From an uncultured delta proteobacterium (GTDB lineage Bacteria; Myxococcota_A; Polyangia; Polyangiales; Houyiibacteriaceae): a stretch of DNA of 64,000 nucleotides. Shown here piece after piece: positions 39,861 through 49,637 of the stretch. The translations under genes were made by a program, and so were the position numbers. The notes beneath the pieces were generated by a model. That model ran no database searches. It was given only the letters and a program-made list of their open reading frames with translations, and was not told the origin of the DNA. Location: assembly GCA_963845195.1 (NCBI GenBank), contig CAWJRH010000004.1, positions 1,796,343 through 1,860,342 of the forward strand, given 5' to 3'. Within the stretch, counting starts at the first letter, position 1; every line of letters begins with the position of its first letter.

Positions 39861-41066
39861 TCACGCATCGAGGTAGATGCGAGGCACGCGCCGGGAGATG
39901 TTGGTGAGAATCTCGTAGGGGATCGTACCGGCTGCGCGCGCCAAATCGCGTGCATCGAGCGAGGCAGACCCCTGCTCTCCGAGGAGCAGCGCCTCATCAC
40001 CGATCGCAGTTTGCGGAACGTCGGTGACGTCGACGGTGGTCAAGTCCATCGAAACGTTGCCGACGATCGGGCACCGACGGCCGCCGATCAGCACGTCGGC
40101 ACGATTGGATGCGGTTCGAAGCAGGCCATCGCCGTAGCCCAACGGAATCGTCGCCAGGCGTGTCCGTCGACTCGCAATGAAGGTGCGCCCATATCCGGCC
40201 GATTCCCCGGGTTCAAGAGTGCGGATGCGGATCACTTCGGTGCGCCAACGCATCGCAGGGCGAAGAGGCGCCGCGATGGAGTCGGCCCCCGGGTACCCGT
40301 AGAGCGCGAGCCCGGGCCGGACCCAGTCGAAATGAGACTCCGGATGCCGAAACAACGCGGGGCTGTTGGCCGCGTGCCGCACGACCGGCTCGTGTCCGTA
40401 TCGACGGACGAGGCCATCGGCGTGGCGAAACGCCTCGAGCTGCTCGGCTACGAACTCGGGGTCTTCGTCGGCGGTGGAAAGATGCGTCATCAGACCCGCG
40501 ACGCGAATGGCAGGATAGCCTCGGAGCTCGGTGAGAAACGAGGTGAGTTCGGTGACCGGCACACCGAGCCGGCCCATGCCGGTGTCCACTTTGAGATGAA
40601 CGTCGACCGGACGGCCCGCGGACACGGCCGCGAACGCCGCCGCCTCGGAGATCTCGTAGAGAACCGGAGTGAGTCCCGCAGCAATCACTTCGCGATGGGC
40701 TCCGCCGTGAATCCCGTTGAGCACGAGGATTGCGCGATCGATCCCGGCCTCTCGGAGTTCGAGCCCTTCTTCGGCGAGCGCCACGCCGAACCCGTCGACC
40801 CCGCGTGCTTGAAGGGTCTGCGCCACCGGGATGATGCCATGGCCGTACCCGTCGGCTTTGACGACCGCCAGGACCTTCTTGCCGGGCGCTGCTTCTCGAA
40901 CGACCTCGAGGTTGTGCGCGATCGCATCGAGGAGGATCTCGGCGCGCGTCGGCCGCAGCGATTCGTCGGGGCCGTGGAGGCGGGGCCGAAGTGGTCTTGG
41001 CGCTGCTGGCTGCACCGCCTCTCGGTACTGGGTACCCGCAATCGCGTCAAGGATTGGCGTCCCCAT
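39861..41066 (-). CDS. alr: Alanine racemase
   Basis: AVVKADGYGHG, HLKVDTGMGRLG, HAANS, VRPGLALYG, GYGDG, GNVSMD, IPYEIL. Confidence 0.97.
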   Translation of the reverse strand: MGTPILDAIAGTQYREAVQPAAPRPLRPRLHGPDESLRPTRAEILLDAIAHNLEVVREAAPGKKVLAVVKADGYGHGIIPVAQTLQARGVDGFGVALAEEGLELREAGIDRAILVLNGIHGGAHREVIAAGLTPVLYEISEAAAFAAVSAGRPVDVHLKVDTGMGRLGVPVTELTSFLTELRGYPAIRVAGLMTHLSTADEDPEFVAEQLEAFRHADGLVRRYGHEPVVRHAANSPALFRHPESHFDWVRPGLALYGYPGADSIAAPLRPAMRWRTEVIRIRTLEPGESAGYGRTFIASRRTRLATIPLGYGDGLLRTASNRADVLIGGRRCPIVGNVSMDLTTVDVTDVPQTAIGDEALLLGEQGSASLDARDLARAAGTIPYEILTNISRRVPRIYLDA

Positions 41067-41090
41067 GCGGGGAGACTAGGCTCCGGTCGC

Positions 41091-42038
41091 ATGTCCCGCG
41101 CCGAACGCCATCCCCCCGACACCATGGAAGGCCCGGAGCAACGCTCATCGCGCCTGCTCTGGGGTGGCCTGCTCCTGGCCGGTCTCGTTGCTATGGGCCT
41201 GATGCTTGCACGGGGACGATCCCCCGAGCCTGACGAAGTCGTCACGCCGGTCGCGGTCGAATTGAGTGCCTCGGGAGGCATAGAGTCGGCAGCGGAGCCG
41301 ACGACTACGCGGTTGCAGCAAGCCGATCGCCAACCCCCGCGCGACGTCGAGCAGCTGCGTACGCGAGTCCTTCGGCGCTACCCCCACGATCGCGATGCGT
41401 TCACCCAGGGCCTGCTCTGGCACGACGGTTTCTTATACGAGAGCACCGGACAACGCGGAGAGTCGTCACTTCGCAAAGTACGGCTCGACGACGGTCGCGT
41501 GGTCAAGCAGCAGCGCATCGATGATGCGCTCTTTGGAGAAGGCCTCGCGCGCGTTGGCGATCGCTTGGTGCAGCTGACCTGGCAGGCCGAGCTCGCGATC
41601 GTGGCCGACCTCGAGACCCTGAAGCAGAAGAGCACCCTGTCATACGAGGGCGAGGGCTGGGGGCTCTGTTTCGACGGCAGCTCTCTGGTGATGAGCGACG
41701 GTTCGTCGACGCTCACCTTTCGCGACCCGGAAACCCTGCGCGTCGTTTCGAGGGTGAACGTGCGCCGCGGCAAGCGACCCGAGCGTTGGCTCAACGAACT
41801 CGAGTGCGTGGGGTCGAACATCTATGCCAACATTTGGCGTCGGAACGAGATCGTTCGCATCGACGCGGCCTCAGGCGAAGTCACGGCCGTGGTCGACGCC
41901 TCGGGACTGCTCACTCCGGAGCAAGCCCGCAAGGCCGACGTTCTGAACGGCATCGCGTTTCGACCTGAGACCGAAACCTTCCTGATTACCGGCAAGCTCT
42001 GGCCGACGATGTTCGAAGTCGCGTTCACTGCGCCGTAG
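41091..42038 (+). CDS. Glutaminyl-peptide cyclotransferase (plant/bacterial type), membrane anchored
   Basis: YPHDRDAFTQGL, ESTG, FGEGL, LTW, GEGWGLC, LNELE, VLNGIA, TGKLWP; the ORF-track start at 39735 is an over-extension. Confidence 0.93.
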   Translation: MSRAERHPPDTMEGPEQRSSRLLWGGLLLAGLVAMGLMLARGRSPEPDEVVTPVAVELSASGGIESAAEPTTTRLQQADRQPPRDVEQLRTRVLRRYPHDRDAFTQGLLWHDGFLYESTGQRGESSLRKVRLDDGRVVKQQRIDDALFGEGLARVGDRLVQLTWQAELAIVADLETLKQKSTLSYEGEGWGLCFDGSSLVMSDGSSTLTFRDPETLRVVSRVNVRRGKRPERWLNELECVGSNIYANIWRRNEIVRIDAASGEVTAVVDASGLLTPEQARKADVLNGIAFRPETETFLITGKLWPTMFEVAFTAP

Positions 42039-42873
42039 AGTCTGGTGGGTCGACGGTCTCCGGATCGAATTGCGCGAGTCGCGTGGCCATCAGCGCGGTT
42101 GCTTCCGGGTTGTCGTCAATGAGCACGAAACCTCTGTCGTGGCGCGCGGCGGCCTCCCCGGTGGTTCCGCTGCCGGCGAAGAAGTCGAGCACGACGTCTC
42201 CCGGATCGCTGTGAACCTTCACGATGCGTTCGAGAACGCCGAGTGGCTTCTGCGTCGGGTAGCCCGTCTTTTCCTTGCCACTGGTCGGCACGATCGTGTG
42301 CCACCAGACGTCCGTCGGGGTCTTTCCGCGGGCCGCCTTTTCTTTTCCGACGAGCCCCGGCGCCATGTACGGGATTCGATCCATCGCATCGAACCGAAAC
42401 ACGTACCGTTGAGGGTCGAGCGTATACCAGAGGATCGTGTCGTGTTTCGCAGGCCACCAGCGCTTGGGGCGTCCACCGAAATCGTACGCCCAGATGATCT
42501 CGTTTCGGAAGCATGCCCGACCGAGCAGCCGATCGAGCGCTACCTTCACGTAGTGTACTTCACGCGCGTCGAGGTGAACGAAGAGAGAGCCGTCCTCAGT
42601 GAGACAGGGAAGCGCAGCCTCGATACGGGGCATGAGAAACGCAGAGTAGTCGTCGAACCGGTCTTCATAGGTGGGGCTCTGCACACGTTCGACGTCGTAG
42701 CGGCGTCCGCCGAACCCCGTCCTCGCACCCTCGTCGGACGCCTTCACCCGCATGCGTCCACGCTCCTGTCGCTGGCCCGTGTTGAAGGGCGGGTCGATAT
42801 AGGCAAGGCGCGCGAATCTTCGAGGCAGAGTCGGCAGGACTGAGAGATTGTCTCCTCGAACGATTTGCCTCAC
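42025..42873 (-). CDS. N4/N6 DNA methyltransferase, beta class, orphan
   Basis: YIDPPF near N-terminus, NEIIWAY, YPTQKP, VLDFFAGSGTT near C-terminus. Confidence 0.93.
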   Translation of the reverse strand: MRQIVRGDNLSVLPTLPRRFARLAYIDPPFNTGQRQERGRMRVKASDEGARTGFGGRRYDVERVQSPTYEDRFDDYSAFLMPRIEAALPCLTEDGSLFVHLDAREVHYVKVALDRLLGRACFRNEIIWAYDFGGRPKRWWPAKHDTILWYTLDPQRYVFRFDAMDRIPYMAPGLVGKEKAARGKTPTDVWWHTIVPTSGKEKTGYPTQKPLGVLERIVKVHSDPGDVVLDFFAGSGTTGEAAARHDRGFVLIDDNPEATALMATRLAQFDPETVDPPDSTAQ

Positions 42874-42956
42874 CTGCGGACACTATCACTCCGGCAAGAA
42901 GAGGCCCAGCAGGGGCGGCGCTTGCGACTGAGACGGGGTCGCCCTAGTCTCGCGCG

Positions 42957-43157
42957 ATGAAGCTCATCGTCAACGGTGAGGACCGAGAGGTCGCAGCGAG
43001 CACGACGGTGCGGCAGCTACTCGAATCTCTCGGACTCGGCACGACGCTCGTCGCCGTCGAGCGCAACGAGGAAGTCGTTCCTCGGGCAATGCACGCTAAG
43101 ACTCAACTCGAAGACGGGGACCAGGTCGAGGTAGTCCATTTCGTAGGAGGCGGTTGA
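42957..43157 (+). CDS. thiS: Sulfur carrier protein ThiS
   Basis: 66 aa, [11 protein letters not shown]-terminal VHFVGGG. Confidence 0.95.
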   Translation: MKLIVNGEDREVAASTTVRQLLESLGLGTTLVAVERNEEVVPRAMHAKTQLEDGDQVEVVHFVGGG

Positions 43158-43955
<798 letters not shown>

Positions 43956-43964
43956 CGTCCCGCG

Positions 43965-44601
43965 GTGCCGCACACGCTCCCTAGCCTGTGGATTCTGACC
44001 ATGCCCGAGGCCGAAGGCGGGCCCCTCGCCAAGCTGAGTCTGGTGCTCGCCGACTCGTGCGGCCCGCGCCTCGGTGTGCAGCTCCGCGCAAAGAACGCTT
44101 CTGCCCAGGCATTGCTCGGGTGGGGACGCGAGCTGCGGGCGCAGACGTCGGCGTCGGGCTCCGCACTTGCGGTGAACGGGCGGGCCGACGTCGCGGCGAT
44201 CATCGGTGCCGACGCCATCCACCTCCCTGAGGCCGGGGTCCCGGTCGAGGCTGTGCGCAGTCGGTGGCCCAGCGTCTGGATTGGGGTCTCCCGTCACGAT
44301 CGCGACGGGCTGCACGAAGCTGCGAACCAGGGCGCTACCTATGCGTTCTTGGGACCGGTCTTCGACGTGCCGGGCAAGAACCCCGCGCTTGGCATCGACG
44401 GGTTCCGGCGCGCCCGCGAGGGGCTCACGATTCCGGTGTTCGCCCTCGGAGGGGATCGAACCGGAGCACGTGGAGGCGTTGACTGCGGCGGGCGCCGCCG
44501 GAGTCGCTGTCCGACGGAGCATCTACCAGGCGGCAGACCCGGTGGCACGCACGCGCGGGTATCTGCGCAAGCTTGACAAGGCCGCCGCAAACGTTGGATA
44601 G
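43965..44601 (+). pseudogene. Thiamine-phosphate synthase / TenI family gene with a one-base frameshift (real or sequencing error)
   Basis: QLRAK, NGRAD, HLPE, GVSRH, GPVF, ALGG in one frame; the expected tail IEPEHVEALTAAGAAGVAV continues in another frame after GGGG at 44451-44454. Deleting one G gives a 211-aa protein ending at 44601. Confidence 0.85.
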
Positions 44602-44609
44602 CGGATCGC

Positions 44610-45236
44610 GTGGGCGCGGTTCGCAATGGCCTCGGGTGCCTATCGTGGGTCGCGGCAGGCGTCATCGTCGTGCTGCTGCTCTTGAAGGTGCTGCTCTTCG
44701 ACGTCGCCACGGTTGGCCACAACGGAATGGCGCCAACGTTGGTGCGAGGAGAGCGCGTGCTGATCAACAAGCGTGGCAAGCCCCTCGAAGACACGATCGC
44801 CGTCTGCCAGCATCCAACCGAGGATGGCTGGGTCGTTGGACGGGTGGCGGCCGTCGAGGGGAGCACCGTCGAATCATTTGGCACGACTCTGCGTATCGAC
44901 GGACGGGCGGTACCCTTCGACGACCGCGGGAGCGCCTCTTTTCTCAACGAAGACGACGGTCAGAAGCGTCAGGTCGTGTGGGGCTACGAGATTATCGGTG
45001 ACCAGAGCCACATGGTCTTCCTTGGGGAAGGAAAGCGACACCTGGTGCGAAAGACCTTCGTCGACCCCGGCAAGGTGTTTCTGCTCGGCGACTATCGTGG
45101 ATACATGGGTCAGGACAGCCGCGCATACGGCATGGTCGATGCATCGAGTTGTCGTGGCACGATCGTGTTTCGACTCACCCCTGCCGCGGGTCTCGAAGCC
45201 CCGATCTCGCATGGCTATTTCGAGCCAGTGAATTAG
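44610..45236 (+). CDS. Signal peptidase I (S26) homolog lacking both catalytic residues
   Basis: N-terminal TM, box B HNGMAPTL, box D VVGRV, box E GDYR...QDSRAYG. Confidence 0.85.
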   Translation: MGAVRNGLGCLSWVAAGVIVVLLLLKVLLFDVATVGHNGMAPTLVRGERVLINKRGKPLEDTIAVCQHPTEDGWVVGRVAAVEGSTVESFGTTLRIDGRAVPFDDRGSASFLNEDDGQKRQVVWGYEIIGDQSHMVFLGEGKRHLVRKTFVDPGKVFLLGDYRGYMGQDSRAYGMVDASSCRGTIVFRLTPAAGLEAPISHGYFEPVN

Positions 45237-45305
45237 CGCTACCTCCGCGTTGCTTCCCCAGCGGTGGGTCCGTATGCTCCGCCCGCCTTCGGGCCGAGCC
45301 AGCCT

Positions 45306-46001
45306 ATGAGAGTTGCCGTCATTCAATTTCCAGGCTCCAATGCCGATTGGGATGCCCTGCACGCCGTTCGCGACGTGCTGGGTGCCGAAGCTTGGTATGC
45401 CTTCCATAAAGAGGTCTCGCTCGGAGACGCCGACGCGGTCGTGATTCCGGGCGGCTTCTCATACGGCGACTATCTTCGAGCAGGCGCGATCGCCCGCTTC
45501 AGCCCGATCGTGAGCGCCGTGCAGGAGTTCGCGGCGCGAGGCGGGCCCATTCTCGGCATCTGCAATGGTTTTCAGATACTCACCGAAATGGGACTGCTGC
45601 CTGGCGCACTGACCCGCAACGCCCACCTGCGCTTCGAGTGCCGCGACATCTTTGTCCGTGTCGATGCCTCAGGGCCTTTCACCGACATGGGTGAGGGGAC
45701 CGTACTCAGGCTTCCCATCGCGCACGCGGACGGACGGTACCAGTGCAGCGCCGCTACCTTGAGCGAGCTTCATGAACATCGGCAGATCGCCTTCCGCTAC
45801 TGCACTCGGTACGGTGACGCAACGGACGGTGGCGAGGCAAACCCAAACGGGGCGGTCGACGACATTGCAGGCGTTTACAACAGGGCAAAGAACGTTCTCG
45901 GGATGATGCCGCACCCCGAGCGCGCGAGTGAGAAAATTCTCGGCAATGATGATGGACTGCAGCTTTTTCAATCGCTGCAGCGACACTTGGGGCTCGCATG
46001 A
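45306..46001 (+). CDS. purQ: FGAM synthase glutaminase subunit
   Basis: [38 protein letters not shown]; start ATG 45306. Confidence 0.97.
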   Translation: MRVAVIQFPGSNADWDALHAVRDVLGAEAWYAFHKEVSLGDADAVVIPGGFSYGDYLRAGAIARFSPIVSAVQEFAARGGPILGICNGFQILTEMGLLPGALTRNAHLRFECRDIFVRVDASGPFTDMGEGTVLRLPIAHADGRYQCSAATLSELHEHRQIAFRYCTRYGDATDGGEANPNGAVDDIAGVYNRAKNVLGMMPHPERASEKILGNDDGLQLFQSLQRHLGLA

Positions 46002-48283
46002 CCTCACCGAAGAACTTTCCCGGAGAACCCGATGCATCGCTCGCGATCGCACGCGAGTTCGGTCTTGCAGAGGCCGAATGGAAGAGGCTGAACGAAACGC
46101 TTGCTCGCAGCCCGAGCTACGCCGAACTCGGTGTGATCAGCGTGATGTGGTCCGAACACTGCTCCTACAAATCATCGCGTGTTCACTTGGCGAGGCTCCC
46201 AACCGAGGGACCGCAGGTGGTTCAGGGGCCCGGCGAGAATGCGGGCGCAGTCGATATCGGTGACGGGTTTTGTGCGGTCTTCAAGATGGAATCACATAAC
46301 CATCCGTCCTACATCGAGCCCTACCAAGGAGCCGCGACCGGCGTTGGCGGCATCCTCCGAGACGTGTTCACCATGGGCGCTCGCCCGGTCGCCTCTCTCA
46401 ATTCGCTGCGTTTCGGAAGTGCCGATCACCCGAAGACGCCGCACCTTCTCAAGGGCGTGGTCGCGGGTATCGGAGGCTACGGCAACTGCATCGGCGTCCC
46501 GACCGTCGGTGGCGAGGTGCAGTTCGACGCGAGCTACGACGGGAACATTCTCGTCAACGCGTTTACCGTCGGCATCGCGAAGACGGAGTCGCTGTTCTTT
46601 GGCAGAGCGGACGGCATCGGTAATCCGATTCTGTACGTGGGCGCAAAGACGGGGCGTGACGGAATTCACGGCGCTACGATGGCGAGCGCCGAGTTCGGCG
46701 AAGAAACCGATAGCAAGTTGCCCACTGTGCAGGTCGGCGACCCATTCATGGAGAAACTGCTCCTCGAAGCCTGCCTCGAGATCTTCGCAACCGATTGCCT
46801 CTCCGGGGTGCAGGACATGGGAGCCGCGGGGCTCACCTCATCCTCGGTCGAGATGGCCGCACGTGCCGGCAACGGCATAGAACTCGACCTCGACGCGATT
46901 CCACGGCGTACACGGGCGCTCTCCCCGTACGAGATGCTTCTGAGCGAGTCGCAAGAGCGAATGCTGATGGTAGCCAAGGAAGGTCGCGAGAACGAGGTCT
47001 TCGAGATCTGCGACAAGTGGGACCTCGACGCGTCGATCGTCGGTCGAGTTACCGATACGGGTCGCTTCGTGTGCAAGGCCACGCCCGGCTACGATCCATT
47101 CGAAGAAGACGAGAACACCGGCGAGCCGCAAGTCGTGGTCGACCTACCGGTGGACCTGCTCACCGACGCCGCGCCCAAATACGACCGACCGCAGAAGACA
47201 GCCGCCGGGGCCCCGCCCAACGCTCCCGTGGCGGTCGAAACGCCGACGGACCTCCGGTCCGAACTGGTGAAGCTTATGGGTTCGCCGAACATCGGCAGCC
47301 GCGCGTGGATTTGGCGCCAGTACGACCACGTGGTGCAGGACGGTACGGTTATTCGCCCGGGCGACGGTGACGCGGCCGTGATTCGAGTGTTCTGCGAGGG
47401 CAGCGATGGGCCAATCGAGAAGTTTCTCGCCGTGTCTGCGGATTGCAACGGACGCCACGTCGAGCTCGACCCCTTTGCGGGCGCTGCAATGGCCGTCGCC
47501 GAGTGCGCGCGCAACATCGTTTGCGTGGGCGCCAAGCCCCTTGGCCTGACCGACTGCCTCAACTTTGGGAACCCTGAGATACCCGAACAAATGTGGCGCT
47601 TCGCGCAGGCGATCGATGGGCTTGCAGCGGCCTGCAACGCGCTTGGCACCCCGGTGGTTTCGGGCAACGTGAGTCTCTACAACGAGACGGACGGCAAGGC
47701 GATTCTGCCAACGCCCACCGTCGCCATCGTCGGTCAACTGGCTCATGCGGACGATCGCGTCGGACTCGGATTCGTCAACGAGGGCGACGTGATCGCACAG
47801 ATGGGCGTGCCGTCGCGCGGGGCGCTCGGAGGCTCCGAGTGGTTGGTACAGGCTGCGGGCGCGCTGAGCGGCGAGCCTGTCGGCATAGACCTCGACGCCG
47901 AAGCGGCGCTGCAAACTTCGATGCTGGAGCTGGCTCAGAAGCGCCTCGTGCATAGCGCGCACGACGTGAGTGATGGAGGCTTCGGGGTCTGCCTTGCCGA
48001 ATCGTGCATTGTCGGGGGCGTGGGCTGCAAGGTGACACTGCCCTCCGCGGGCGATGCTCCTGCACACGCGCTTCTGTTCAGCGAGGAGCCGTCTCGAATC
48101 GTCGTGAGTCTGCCGTCGAGCGCGGTCGACGAGGCGCTGTCGATATGTCGCCGGCTGGGTGTGCCGTTCGAGAGGATCGGACACGTGCGCGGCGCCGCGC
48201 TGATCGTCGACGGAGTCCTGGACGTCGCCGTCGAGCAACTGGCCACCGCCCACGATTCCGCCCTAGACCACCTCACAACCTAG
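45998..48283 (+). CDS. purL: FGAM synthase synthetase subunit (small PurL)
   Basis: [54 protein letters not shown]. Confidence 0.97.
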   Translation: MTSPKNFPGEPDASLAIAREFGLAEAEWKRLNETLARSPSYAELGVISVMWSEHCSYKSSRVHLARLPTEGPQVVQGPGENAGAVDIGDGFCAVFKMESHNHPSYIEPYQGAATGVGGILRDVFTMGARPVASLNSLRFGSADHPKTPHLLKGVVAGIGGYGNCIGVPTVGGEVQFDASYDGNILVNAFTVGIAKTESLFFGRADGIGNPILYVGAKTGRDGIHGATMASAEFGEETDSKLPTVQVGDPFMEKLLLEACLEIFATDCLSGVQDMGAAGLTSSSVEMAARAGNGIELDLDAIPRRTRALSPYEMLLSESQERMLMVAKEGRENEVFEICDKWDLDASIVGRVTDTGRFVCKATPGYDPFEEDENTGEPQVVVDLPVDLLTDAAPKYDRPQKTAAGAPPNAPVAVETPTDLRSELVKLMGSPNIGSRAWIWRQYDHVVQDGTVIRPGDGDAAVIRVFCEGSDGPIEKFLAVSADCNGRHVELDPFAGAAMAVAECARNIVCVGAKPLGLTDCLNFGNPEIPEQMWRFAQAIDGLAAACNALGTPVVSGNVSLYNETDGKAILPTPTVAIVGQLAHADDRVGLGFVNEGDVIAQMGVPSRGALGGSEWLVQAAGALSGEPVGIDLDAEAALQTSMLELAQKRLVHSAHDVSDGGFGVCLAESCIVGGVGCKVTLPSAGDAPAHALLFSEEPSRIVVSLPSSAVDEALSICRRLGVPFERIGHVRGAALIVDGVLDVAVEQLATAHDSALDHLTT

Positions 48284-48326
48284 CCCCCCCAAACGCCCCC
48301 GGGTAGCCCCCCCAAACGCCCCCGGG
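48281..48326. repeat. Exact 23-bp tandem duplication TAGCCCCCCCAAACGCCCCCGGG x2
   Basis: Copies at 48281-48303 and 48304-48326; the first contains the purL stop codon. Confidence 0.95.
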
Positions 48327-48459
48327 TTGCGTGGAACGACACATTCCGCGCTCGATTCTGGAGCGATATTGGAGCCTGGCGGCCGGTGGCGGAGCTGCGA
48401 AGACCGCCAAGACTGCGGCGCGGTTCGCTCAAATACTTATAGAAAAGCCCAGATCCGAT

Positions 48460-48476
48460 TCGGCACGATTCTCGCT
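48460..48476 (+). promoter_or_regulatory. Candidate sigma54 (-24/-12) promoter upstream of the transposase
   Basis: TCGGCACGATTCTCGCT: GG (48462-63), N10, GC (48474-75); two deviations from TGGCACG-N4-TTGC. Confidence 0.4.
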
Positions 48477-48487
48477 GGTAGTCTCGT

Positions 48488-49405
48488 ATGACCCGCAGAC
48501 GCATCATCGAACCGGGCACGGTGTGGGCGCTGTCGCGCCGTACCACGCGCCGCTACTTCCTCCTCAACCCCGACGAAGCCCGCCAAATGGAGGGGGCGTA
48601 TTGGTACAGCCTTGGCTACGCCGCCCGCACCCACGGAGTCGTGGTCCACGCTGGTTGCCTTATGTCTACGCATTCCCACGAAGTAGTGACTGACGTGCGC
48701 GGGGAGCTTCCGCGTTTCCTTGCCACTTTCCACCGTCTGCTCGCGCTCACTACCAAGGCCTATCGCAAGTGGCCGGAGGAGGTCTTTAGCAAGCGGAGTA
48801 CCGGCGCTCACGAATTGCTCACGGCCGACGCCGTGGTCGAGGCCCTGGCTTACCTCATTGCAAACCCGGTCGAAGCAATGGCCGTCCGCTATGCGAAAGA
48901 CTGGCCTGGAGCGCACACGCTGTCTCACGAAATTGGGAGACGGGTTGTGCAGGTACGTCGACCGTCCCACTACTTCAATCCGACCAACAAAGCATGGCCA
49001 GAGACGATGGAACTCCGACTGGAGATGCCAGCCACGCTCCAGCTCGACTACGGAACGAAGCTCGCCCAGGAGCGAATTGCTGATCGGGTACGGGAACGCG
49101 AGCGAAGAGCACTCGGAGAGGCGAAACGGACGGGTGTCGGCTTCGTGGGACGGCGTCGAGTGCTTCGCTTCCCGCACAACAAACTGGCCCAAAGCCGGGA
49201 GACCTTCGGTGGATTGAATCCCCGATTCTCAGCATCAGGAAACCGTGAGGCGGCGGCACACGCCGTCAAACGACTACGGTATTTCAATCTGCAGTATGAG
49301 CGTGCCCTCAGCGCCTGGACCTCTGGGGACCGAACCGCTCGCTTTCCATCAGGCACCTGGTGGATGCGGACTTTCCACGGGGCTCGCTGCGGGCCCGCTC
49401 CGTAG
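48488..49405 (+). CDS. REP-associated tyrosine transposase-like protein (Y1 HUH, IS200/RAYT superfamily)
   Basis: WALSRRT, CLMSTHSH (HUH), AYLIANPV (catalytic Tyr), DWPG, typical C-terminal FPSGTWWM. Confidence 0.85.
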   Translation: MTRRRIIEPGTVWALSRRTTRRYFLLNPDEARQMEGAYWYSLGYAARTHGVVVHAGCLMSTHSHEVVTDVRGELPRFLATFHRLLALTTKAYRKWPEEVFSKRSTGAHELLTADAVVEALAYLIANPVEAMAVRYAKDWPGAHTLSHEIGRRVVQVRRPSHYFNPTNKAWPETMELRLEMPATLQLDYGTKLAQERIADRVRERERRALGEAKRTGVGFVGRRRVLRFPHNKLAQSRETFGGLNPRFSASGNREAAAHAVKRLRYFNLQYERALSAWTSGDRTARFPSGTWWMRTFHGARCGPAP

Positions 49406-49637
49406 GCCGCCTTCGTTCACATGGCACCGGACCGGAAACTGCACCTCATTTTGGGTGTAGCGACGCCTCAGTTCGTCCGCCGGCGACTGCTCCACCACTC
49501 GAAGCACCACAAGCCACGCGATTGCACGCAGTAATGCTCGAATCCCGGGATCGCAACTGCCTCGAGGCCCCGCAAATGCTGCTGACAATGCGCCCAAAGT
49601 GCTCAAGCTAACCCGCCAACCTAGGTCGGGGGTCAGG

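Larger units (their letters stand above)
48276..49624 (+). mobile_element. Putative RAYT/Y1-transposase element inserted between convergent purL and smc
   Basis: Contains the HUH transposase gene; CAACCTAG occurs at both 48276-48283 and 49617-49624; boundaries are inferred. Confidence 0.5.

Noticed and set aside
39735-41090. 767-aa ORF as a large fusion protein
   Set aside because: The upstream 450 codons are the antisense shadow of alr; only 41091-42038 encodes the glutaminyl cyclase.
32922-42873. Restriction-modification or other defence island around the two methyltransferases
   Set aside because: No nuclease, specificity subunit, helicase or integrase between or beside them; neighbours are envelope and housekeeping genes.
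42900-42956. TPP riboswitch upstream of thiS
   Set aside because: AGGGG...CTGAGA...CCC resembles the 5' half, but the ACCTGAT...GCGnAGGGA half is absent and the ATG follows at once.
45237-45305. Hidden purS before purQ
   Set aside because: Only 69 bp are available; purS must lie elsewhere, which is common.
49400-49435. REP element after the transposase stop (GTAGGCCGCC...CGTTCAC)
   Set aside because: Superficial likeness to enterobacterial REP starts, but only a 3-bp stem and no second copy in the window.
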